In this document: in pieces, positions 56,897 to 64,000 of the stretch
Layout of the letters: the number at the start of each line of letters is the position of its first letter
How positions within the stretch are numbered: the stretch's first letter is position 1
Assembly: GCA_963550405.1 (NCBI GenBank)
Contig: CAUVBV010000003.1
Span: 35,335 to 99,334 of the forward strand
Source: an uncultured Atopobium sp.
Lineage (GTDB): Bacteria > Actinomycetota > Coriobacteriia > Coriobacteriales > Atopobiaceae
Direction: 5' to 3'
DNA length: 64,000 bases
Made by a program: the position numbers and the translations under genes
Notes under the pieces: generated by a model
What the model saw: only the letters and a program-made list of their open reading frames with translations
Told to the model about the DNA's origin: nothing
The model's database searches: none

Positions 56897-58180
56897 ATGC
56901 TTGATATCAAATTTGTGCGCGAGAATCCTGACCTCGTAGATAAGTCTTGCGAGTCCAGGCAAAATGCTCATTGGGATCGCGAGAAATTCTTTGAGCTTGA
57001 TGAGGAGCGCAGAAGCGTAATTGCTGAGGTTGAGTCTCTTCAGGCAGAGCGCAACGCTGTTTCTAAGCAGATTGGCCTTCTCATGCGTGAGGGCAAGAAG
57101 GAAGAGGCTGAGGCAGCTAAAGAGCAGGTAGCAGCTAATAAAGACCGCATCGCAGAGCTTGACCAGCGTCGCGGAGAGGTTGAGGAGGAGCTTACGGCTC
57201 TTGTCGCAGCTATTCCAAACATTCCAGACGCATCGGTTCCTTACGGCAAGGATGATTCCGATAACCCTGAGGTTCGCAAGTGGGGAGAGCCAACTCAGTT
57301 TGATTTTGAGCCAAAGGCACACTGGGATCTTGGACCTGAGCTGGGCATGATTGACTTTGATCGTGGCGTAAAGCTTGCGGGAACTCGTTTTTATCTGCTT
57401 GGCGGCATGGGCGCTCGTATGGAGCGTGCGCTTATCAACTTCATGATTGATACACATAACCAGGCAGGATTCAAAGAGTGGTGGCCACCAGTTATTACCA
57501 ATCAGGATTCCCTGTTTGGTACCGGTCAGCTTCCTAAGTTTGAAGAGGATCTCTACCACGTTCAGCCTGACCTCTACCTGATTCCAACTGCTGAGGTTCA
57601 GCTCACTAATATCCACCGTGACGAGATTCTGGATGCATCTCAGCTTCCTCTGCTCTACACCGCATTTACTCCATGCTTCCGTGAAGAGGCAGGTTCAGCT
57701 GGTCGAGACACCCGCGGTATCATTCGCGTTCACCAGTTTGACAAGGTAGAGATGGTCAAGTTTGCAAAGCCTGAGGATTCCATGAATCAGCTTGAGTCCA
57801 TGGTTCAGGAAGCCGAGAAGATCCTTCAGCTTCTGGGTCTTCCTTATCATGTGGTAACCCTCTGTACTGGTGATATTGGCTTCTCTGCATGCAAGTGCTA
57901 CGACATTGAGGTTTGGCTCCCGAGCTATAACGCATACAAGGAGATTTCTTCCTGCTCCAACTGCTGGGATTTCCAGGCACGTCGTGCGAATATTCGCTAT
58001 AAGGATCCAGCAGAGTTCAAGGGCACCCGTCTGGTTCACACGCTTAACGGCTCTGGTCTTGCAGTTGGTCGTACTATGGCTGCAATTATGGAGAATTATC
58101 AGAATGCAGACGGCTCCGTTACCGTACCTGAGGCGCTTCGTCCTTACATGGGTGGTATCGAGGTTATTCGCCCAGAATAG
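56897..58180 (+). CDS. serS: Seryl-tRNA synthetase
   Basis: 427 aa with the N-terminal coiled-coil MLDIKFVRENPDLV.. and class II motifs (..FREEAGSAGRDTRGIIRVHQF.., ..TLNGSGLAVGRTMAAIMENYQ). Confidence 0.97.
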   Translation: MLDIKFVRENPDLVDKSCESRQNAHWDREKFFELDEERRSVIAEVESLQAERNAVSKQIGLLMREGKKEEAEAAKEQVAANKDRIAELDQRRGEVEEELTALVAAIPNIPDASVPYGKDDSDNPEVRKWGEPTQFDFEPKAHWDLGPELGMIDFDRGVKLAGTRFYLLGGMGARMERALINFMIDTHNQAGFKEWWPPVITNQDSLFGTGQLPKFEEDLYHVQPDLYLIPTAEVQLTNIHRDEILDASQLPLLYTAFTPCFREEAGSAGRDTRGIIRVHQFDKVEMVKFAKPEDSMNQLESMVQEAEKILQLLGLPYHVVTLCTGDIGFSACKCYDIEVWLPSYNAYKEISSCSNCWDFQARRANIRYKDPAEFKGTRLVHTLNGSGLAVGRTMAAIMENYQNADGSVTVPEALRPYMGGIEVIRPE

Positions 58181-58254
58181 TTTCTCTTTTTAATCAAAAT
58201 TGATTCAATTCTTGAAATGGTCTTCTACAGAATTGTGGAGACCATTTCTATTAG

Positions 58255-58284
58255 TGATTTATAGAACATATGTTCTATAAATCA
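58255..58284. promoter_or_regulatory. 30-bp perfect palindrome with a LexA (Cheo/SOS) box core, GAAC-N4-GTTC
   Basis: TGATTTATAGAACAT|ATGTTCTATAAATCA, read directly. The core TAGAACATATGTTCTA fits the Gram-positive/actinobacterial SOS box. It lies 39 nt upstream of the ATG of the 106-aa ORF and overlaps a TATAAA -10-like hexamer. Confidence 0.5.
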
Positions 58285-58322
58285 GCTATACTTGTGGCTA
58301 GCAAAAGAAGAAAGAGGTAGCT

Positions 58323-58643
58323 ATGAAAGGTTTGGTAGAGGTACAAAAAGATATTGTAGTACGGCAGTTTGTGCAGGGTAGTGCAGCAGAAATTGGATTT
58401 GGTCACAAGGAGTTTTATTCAGAAATCCATATAGCACCAGAGCAACTTGCAGCTTTAAGAAAATGGATTTCAGACCAAGGCAGGGTGGGTTTAAAAGACT
58501 TAAGTCCACAAGAGTATCTGGAGGTCATCATGGCAGAAACATGTATGGCTGAGGTAATGGATGAGCTTGATGAAGCTGGCATTTCCTACCGTTATTTATA
58601 TGCTAACTCTGCTGGTGAAGTAGCTTTAAGACCAGGTAGATAA
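58323..58643 (+). CDS. Hypothetical 106-aa cytoplasmic protein (orphan to me)
   Basis: Good SD (AAAGAGG, 6 nt spacing). There is no TM or signal peptide and I recognise no family. Confidence 0.55.
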   Translation: MKGLVEVQKDIVVRQFVQGSAAEIGFGHKEFYSEIHIAPEQLAALRKWISDQGRVGLKDLSPQEYLEVIMAETCMAEVMDELDEAGISYRYLYANSAGEVALRPGR

Positions 58644-58644
58644 T

Positions 58645-58670
58645 AAAAAAGAGCTCCCGAAGGAGCTCCT
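58645..58670 (-). terminator. Terminator after tRNA-Arg(ACG), also closing the convergent 106-aa ORF
   Basis: GAGCTCC-cgaa-GGAGCTC, with TTTTTT on the minus strand. Confidence 0.7.
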
Positions 58671-58679
58671 AAATTCAAG

Positions 58680-58756
58680 TGGTGCGGCGTATAGGATTCG
58701 AACCTATGACGCCCTGATTCGTAGTCAGGTCCTCTATCCAGCTGAGGTAACGCCGC
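58680..58756 (-). tRNA. tRNA-Arg(ACG), CCA encoded
   Basis: Reverse complement GCGGCGTTACCTCAGCTGGATAGAGGACCTGACTACGAATCAGGGCGTCATAGGTTCGAATCCTATACGCCGCACCA. The anticodon loop is CTACGAA. Confidence 0.95.
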
Positions 58757-58828
58757 GTGCAAGTAGATAGAATGCCATTTTCCAGTTAAAAATGCAAGAC
58801 TAATCTTAGAAAAAGTTCTTCTTGGTAA

Positions 58829-58859
58829 GAAAAAAGCTCGTTGCAGAGGTGCAACGAGC
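58829..58859 (-). terminator. Rho-independent terminator after tRNA-Ser
   Basis: GCTCGTTGCA-gagg-TGCAACGAGC, with TTTTTT on the minus strand. Confidence 0.8.
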
Positions 58860-58868
58860 AGAAAATTC

Positions 58869-58959
58869 TGGCGGAGAGCTGGGGATTCGAACCCCAGATG
58901 GGCTTGGGGCCCATACTCGCTTAGCAGGCGAGCACCTTCGGCCTCTCGGTCAGCTCTCC
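58869..58959 (-). tRNA. tRNA-Ser(GCT), long variable arm, CCA encoded
   Basis: Reverse complement GGAGAGCTGACCGAGAGGCCGAAGGTGCTCGCCTGCTAAGCGAGTATGGGCCCCAAGCCCATCTGGGGTTCGAATCCCCAGCTCTCCGCCA. The anticodon loop is CTGCTAA and the discriminator is G73. Confidence 0.95.
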
Positions 58960-59014
58960 AAAATGGGTGCTTGAGAATGATACCCCGAACTGGCGTCACT
59001 CACAATAAGACATT

Positions 59015-59950
59015 TTACAAAACATGTGAAAAATGCTCAACAACCACGTTTTTTCGGTGAGCGCGAAGTGTCTCCCAAGAAAAACGATTTGCAATTTGTA
59101 CTGCAGAAAGGGGCTCATTCTCTTCCGTGAGGCCTACGCAATAAGCAAGAAAGCCAAGAATCTCTTCCGGTGTTTTTCCTTGGGATCTAATAACACCAAG
59201 ATCTAGATCATGATTGCGCTTTGAAAGTCGCCTACCATCAGGCGCAACAAGTAAGGGGAGGTGAGCATATGTGAGATGAGAAAGACCAAGCACGTCTTGC
59301 AAATAAAGTTGCCTAGGAGTTGAGGAAAGAAGATCTGATCCTCTGACCACTTCAGTTATGCCCATATCAGCATCGTCTACTACCACGGCAAGCTGATAGG
59401 CAAAGACGCCATCTGCACGTTGAACAATAAAGTCTCCACATAATTTAAAAAGATTTTGAGATGTTTGACCATAGACTTTGTCTTCAAACGCGTAGGTCTT
59501 ATTAGGAACTCGTATGCGAGTTGCTGGAATTTTATGTTTAGCAAGCTCTTCACGCTCAGATTTGCTCAGGTTGCGGCAAGTTCTGGCATAGACATACGTG
59601 CCATCACTTGCATGAGGAGCTTGTGCAGCGTGTAAGTCTGCTCGGGAGCAAAAGCAGGGATACAAGAGTCCCTGCTGCCTCAAATCTGAAAGAGCTTCTT
59701 GGTAGAGCTCTGTGCGCTTGCTTTGGTAATACGGACCTTTGTCCCAAGTTAGTCCCAACCACTGTAAATCATCAAGGAGGAGGGAGGTGTATTGAGGATT
59801 ATGAGCACGGATATCCAAGTCTTCGACACGAAGAATAAGACTGCCATTTTGGGAACGAACGCTGGCCCAAGCCATAAGGGCTGAGAAAACGTTACCTAGA
59901 TGCATTCTTCCAGAAGGTGTGGGCGCAAATCTTCCAACGCAGGAACTCAT
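59015..59950 (-). CDS. gluQ: Glutamyl-Q tRNA(Asp) synthetase (truncated GluRS paralogue)
   Basis: 311 aa. GRFAPTPSGRMHLGN (HIGH-type motif), ..LRVEDLD.. and a KMSKS-like RLSKRN. The length lacks the anticodon-binding domain, as in GluQRS/YadB. Confidence 0.85.
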   Translation of the reverse strand: MSSCVGRFAPTPSGRMHLGNVFSALMAWASVRSQNGSLILRVEDLDIRAHNPQYTSLLLDDLQWLGLTWDKGPYYQSKRTELYQEALSDLRQQGLLYPCFCSRADLHAAQAPHASDGTYVYARTCRNLSKSEREELAKHKIPATRIRVPNKTYAFEDKVYGQTSQNLFKLCGDFIVQRADGVFAYQLAVVVDDADMGITEVVRGSDLLSSTPRQLYLQDVLGLSHLTYAHLPLLVAPDGRRLSKRNHDLDLGVIRSQGKTPEEILGFLAYCVGLTEENEPLSAVQIANRFSWETLRAHRKNVVVEHFSHVL

Positions 59951-59952
59951 TC

Positions 59953-60582
59953 TTAGAGATCTCCCGCATAGATATAGGCAAAGCCGAAGTCTTGTTCATC
60001 CGCTTTAATCGGAGCCTTATCTTTACAGGTAAGACCCTTGTGCTGGTAGAAACTAATGTCGCAGTCATCATCTGTTGCAAGGAAGTAATGCGTAGCTCCT
60101 TGCTCTTTCAAAAAATTGAGCATATAGGAGAAGAGCATGCCGCCGACACCTTCTCCTTGAGCAGCAGGGCTTACGCAGAATAGAGTAATTTCCCACTTGG
60201 GAGTTTTGACTCCTTCATTCCAGTATTTGCGAATCAGATTTGATTCGACGACACCAAAGGCTTCATAGCCTTCAAAGTCTTTCTGGCTTAAGAGCTTTTT
60301 AGCTGTAATGGTTGAGGCATTTTCAAGCTCAACCCATTTCTGCTTATCTTCTGGGTCTTCTCCGTTGGAGCAGAAAATAAAGCCGAGAACTGTATTTCCA
60401 CTTTTTGCAACAAAGCGATGAGTTGAAACGCCAATGTAGTACGAAATATCAATGGTAGCCAGAGACCTACTGGTCTCTTTAGATTCATCGCCGTCCAGGT
60501 ACCAGACGCGTTCAACGATTGAGATAAGTTCTGGTAAGTCAGTATCTTCGAAGGGGACTATGATTGGAGTATCGTCAGACAT
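59953..60582 (-). CDS. GNAT-family N-acetyltransferase
   Basis: The acetyl-CoA loop is ..LFCVSPAAQGEGVGGMLFSYMLNFLKEQG.. (Q/R-x-x-G-x-G/A). The size (209 aa) is typical. Confidence 0.8.
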   Translation of the reverse strand: MSDDTPIIVPFEDTDLPELISIVERVWYLDGDESKETSRSLATIDISYYIGVSTHRFVAKSGNTVLGFIFCSNGEDPEDKQKWVELENASTITAKKLLSQKDFEGYEAFGVVESNLIRKYWNEGVKTPKWEITLFCVSPAAQGEGVGGMLFSYMLNFLKEQGATHYFLATDDDCDISFYQHKGLTCKDKAPIKADEQDFGFAYIYAGDL

Positions 60583-60723
60583 ATGAAATAGTTCCTTTCA
60601 TGCGTTTTTACAGCGGAAGATTATAGAATAGTTTCAAGTTTGTTTACATCTAGTACGTAGTGTTTTGCAGCTGATAGGCTGTAGGTGTTTCTGATAGTAA
60701 GTGTCAAACACAAAGGAGCGGCA

Positions 60724-62313
60724 ATGGCTGAGGCCCCTATCAAACGTGCGCTAATCTCGGTAACAGACAAAACGGGTATTGTTGAATTTGCACAGGCTCT
60801 TACTAAAGAGTTTGGTGTAGAGGTAATTTCAACAGGTGGAACTGCAAAAATCCTTGAAGAGGCTGGCGTTCCTGTAATCCCCATTGAGTCCTATACCGGA
60901 TTTCCAGAGATGATGGACGGCCGCGTTAAAACATTGCATCCTCGCGTCCATGGTGGTCTCTTATGTCGCAGAGATAATCACGGTCATGTTGCAGACGCAG
61001 AGAACAATGGTATCGGCATGATTGACCTGGTCTGCGTTAACCTTTACGAGTTTGAGAAGACTGTAGCTGATCCATCAGTGACACTAGAAAATGCAATTGA
61101 GCACATCGATATTGGCGGACCTTCAATGCTCCGCTCTGCTGCAAAGAATAATGACTTTGTTACGGTTGTTGTTGATCCAGCAGATTATGGTCGTGTTCTT
61201 CATGAGATGCGTTCCAATGACGGTGCAACTACAAGGGCTTCTCGCCAGCAATTTGCTTTGAAGGTATTTAAGACAACAGCTGCATACGATGGCGCTATTG
61301 CTGCATACCTTTCTGGTGTAGTTGAATCAAAGCAGAGTAAATTCCCAGAGACTTTGCTGGTAAAGGCAACAAAAGAGCAGGATCTTCGTTATGGAGAAAA
61401 TCCTCAGCAGTCCGCAGCGTTTTACAAGATGCCTGGCGCTCCTGCACACTCTTTAGCAAACGCCCAGCAGCTTCAGGGTAAGCCTTTGTCTTACAACAAT
61501 TTGCTGGATACTGATGCAGCTTGGGCGGCTGTTCGTGAGTTTGATGATCCATCAGTCATTATTTTGAAACACCAGAATCCTTGTGGTTCTGCAACGGCAG
61601 AAAATGTTGTTGAGGCATATGACCGAGCATTTGCTTGTGATCCGCTTTCTGCTTTTGGCGGAATTATTGCAGTAAACAGAGAGGTTCCGCTGGAGTTTGT
61701 TGAGCACTTTGCAGATATTAATAAGCAGTTTGTTGAGGTTCTTATTGCGCCAAGCTTCACAGAAGAGGCTCTTGAGCGCCTGTCAAAGAGAACAAATCTC
61801 CGCGTCTTAGCTACGGGCGGAATCGATAGAAGCCGTGAACTCGAAATGAGAACTGTTGACGGTGGATTGTTGGTGCAAGACCTTGATCATGCAGATGAAA
61901 CTGCAGAGAGCTTTGAGGTTGTTACTAAGCGTCAACCAACTCCAGAAGAGCTGAATGATTTGGTATTTGCTTGGAAAGTTTGTAAGACCGTTAAGTCAAA
62001 CGCTATTTTGGTTGCAAAAGATCAAGCTGGAATTGGCATGGGACCAGGCCAGCCAAACCGTGTTGACGCTGCTCTTCTCGCGTGCGAGCGAGCTGAAGCT
62101 GCTTGCGAACGCATGGGAATTGATTCAAAGAACCTTGTGGCTGCATCCGACGCGTTTTTCCCATTCCGAGATAACGTTGATACCTTGGCAGCCCATGGCG
62201 TAACAGCCATTATTCAGCCAGGCGGATCAGTCAGAGATGATGAGTCTATTGCTGCTTGTGATGAATACGGTATTGCAATGGTGTTTACAGGAAAGCGACA
62301 CTTTAGGCACTAG
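60724..62313 (+). CDS. purH: Bifunctional AICAR formyltransferase / IMP cyclohydrolase
   Basis: ..KRALISVTDKTGIVEFA..GVEVISTGGTAK.., ..VKTLHPRVHGG.. and C-terminal ..AIIQPGGSVRD..GIAMVFTGKRHFRH. ATG 60724 has the SD AAGGAG (track start 60685). Confidence 0.96.
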   Translation: MAEAPIKRALISVTDKTGIVEFAQALTKEFGVEVISTGGTAKILEEAGVPVIPIESYTGFPEMMDGRVKTLHPRVHGGLLCRRDNHGHVADAENNGIGMIDLVCVNLYEFEKTVADPSVTLENAIEHIDIGGPSMLRSAAKNNDFVTVVVDPADYGRVLHEMRSNDGATTRASRQQFALKVFKTTAAYDGAIAAYLSGVVESKQSKFPETLLVKATKEQDLRYGENPQQSAAFYKMPGAPAHSLANAQQLQGKPLSYNNLLDTDAAWAAVREFDDPSVIILKHQNPCGSATAENVVEAYDRAFACDPLSAFGGIIAVNREVPLEFVEHFADINKQFVEVLIAPSFTEEALERLSKRTNLRVLATGGIDRSRELEMRTVDGGLLVQDLDHADETAESFEVVTKRQPTPEELNDLVFAWKVCKTVKSNAILVAKDQAGIGMGPGQPNRVDAALLACERAEAACERMGIDSKNLVAASDAFFPFRDNVDTLAAHGVTAIIQPGGSVRDDESIAACDEYGIAMVFTGKRHFRH

Positions 62314-62351
62314 TCTGCTAAGCCGGGAATAGCAGTTCATTTCATAAAAAG

Positions 62352-63029
62352 TTGGGGGAGGACACTGTGGACCAGGAAGAGTTAGAAGCGGCTCAGAAGT
62401 TTGAGCTTGATAATCCAGAACTTGTTTGTCGTTGGAGACTGGCTGGAGGTGTTCTCCCTCTTGATAACAGGCATTTACGTGCGCTGAGTAGACGAGTTGT
62501 TGCTCAAAAAGATGTTTCTCCGCACTTGATTGCTTGGGCTAAGCAGCACATTGAGGGAACGCTCAAAGAGGGATCGCAAGAATTTCCAGATGGCGTTCTT
62601 ATGATTTTGCTCGAGAGCAATGGTCAGGCCGCTATGACAGTTGGTCCTTATCAGTCTTTAGAAGAGAGCTCTGTTCTATCTCTTGCGGGTCGTGCAAGAA
62701 TTTCACAGCGAGAAGAGCAGCAAACTCATTGTGCACCAGAAGTGCTTTGGCTAGTGAAAGACGGAAAGCTTATCGCAGGTATTTCAGAAGAAAGCGTTCG
62801 ATCAGGAGCCACAAGTCTGGTGCTTGATTTGGCACAAACTCTGCATGAGCCAACTGAGTTTAATCCAGATGTTGTCGCACAGGTATTTGATGGAACTGCT
62901 GATTTTGATGAAGCCTTCCTTACTTCAGATGAGCACGGAGTCGTTTGTGCATCCGATGCTGAAGGTGAGATAGGAGAGCGTTTCTTATTTGGTTATAAGA
63001 AGCTTTGCGAGATTAAAGCGGCCAAGTAA
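62352..63029 (+). CDS. Hypothetical protein, faint resemblance to the class IV aminotransferase / ADC-lyase fold
   Basis: ..EVLWLVKDGKLIAGISEESVRSGATSLVLDLAQTL....FDEAFLTSDEHGVVCAS.. echoes the N.F.V.DG.L.TP...L.GITR..V..A.....DE.F.T pattern. The protein is short and I cannot place a catalytic Lys. The likelier start is GTG 62367, after the SD GGGGGAGGA. Confidence 0.45.
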   Translation: MGEDTVDQEELEAAQKFELDNPELVCRWRLAGGVLPLDNRHLRALSRRVVAQKDVSPHLIAWAKQHIEGTLKEGSQEFPDGVLMILLESNGQAAMTVGPYQSLEESSVLSLAGRARISQREEQQTHCAPEVLWLVKDGKLIAGISEESVRSGATSLVLDLAQTLHEPTEFNPDVVAQVFDGTADFDEAFLTSDEHGVVCASDAEGEIGERFLFGYKKLCEIKAAK

Positions 63030-63347
63030 TCAAAAGAGATATGACCCTAAAGTACGGCTATTAAAAGAGCACTCAACGTGCAGCAAGACTTCCGTGCGTT
63101 GAGTGCTTACGTAAAAATTTGTCCAATTTTCAGACAGATGGCTGCTTGCGCACTTGAATATTTTGTCGATTTACAAAAAAGTTGCACTTTACTGTTATGT
63201 TTATTTTGCAATTCCGCAGGTAGAAAATCCTACCTGAAAATAGGTATTTATTGGCTCATATTTCTGATTTGTTTCATTGTTTTTTTGCGCAATAATAAAA
63301 GCATTATGCGACCGCTGCCGGCCGAACTATGAAACTTGTTTCCGTAG

Positions 63348-64000
<653 letters not shown>

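Noticed and set aside
58592-58999. 135-aa ORF covering tRNA-Arg(ACG) and tRNA-Ser(GCT). Similar cases are 39447-39881 over tRNA-Lys and the purB start, 56289-56681 and 56447-56653 over tRNA-Leu, and 37887-38075 over tRNA-Gly.
   Set aside because: The ORFs are explained by the tRNA genes and their terminators. They have no SD and no protein-like sequence.

Overview
This window is the chromosomal replication-origin neighbourhood of a mid-GC Gram-positive actinobacterium. The synteny is typically actinobacterial. Coriobacteriia/Atopobiaceae is my guess from that synteny and the base composition, and is inference only.

Origin core: gyrA, gyrB, a DUF721 gene, recF, dnaN and dnaA lie on the minus strand. 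They diverge at about 19.8-20.1 kb from rpmH, rnpA, yidD, yidC, jag, rsmG, parA and parB on the plus strand. Variant DnaA boxes cluster around dnaA, and two perfect parS sites sit at the rsmG/parA junction.

Left flank:
- a fructose-type PTS EIIB/EIIC plus GatZ-like sugar locus with a divergent LacI regulator and a palindromic operator
- an Fbp/Afu-type ABC importer
- a stand-alone tRNA-Ile/tRNA-Ala operon

Right flank:
- rlmN, ddl and an exonuclease-DinG helicase
- a PafBC-like pair of WYL regulators
- an M28 membrane peptidase
- a thioester (TQXA) surface adhesin
- a Fur-family repressor and an M29 aminopeptidase
- purB, a Tat-lipoprotein with a two-component system, and purC
- the conserved actinobacterial cell-wall signalling operon (STPK, fhaA, fhaB, pstP, rodA/pbpA, pknB), in which rodA and pbpA are fused into one ORF
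- serS, gluQ, a GNAT acetyltransferase, purH and the 5' end of a pyruvate:ferredoxin oxidoreductase

Eight tRNA genes are present. I saw no rRNA, CRISPR array, transposase, integrase or phage genes.

Most of the window is core genome. The items most worth follow-up are:
- a GHKL-ATPase/wHTH gene wedged between rpmH and dnaA inside the origin
- the SEDS-bPBP fusion
- a 30-bp perfect palindrome with a LexA-box core in front of an orphan 106-aa gene
- a roughly 350-nt GC-rich ORF-less structured region next to tRNA-Gly
- a 129-bp unit bounded by inverted repeats next to tRNA-Arg

All calls come from reading the sequence and the ORF track. No database search was run.
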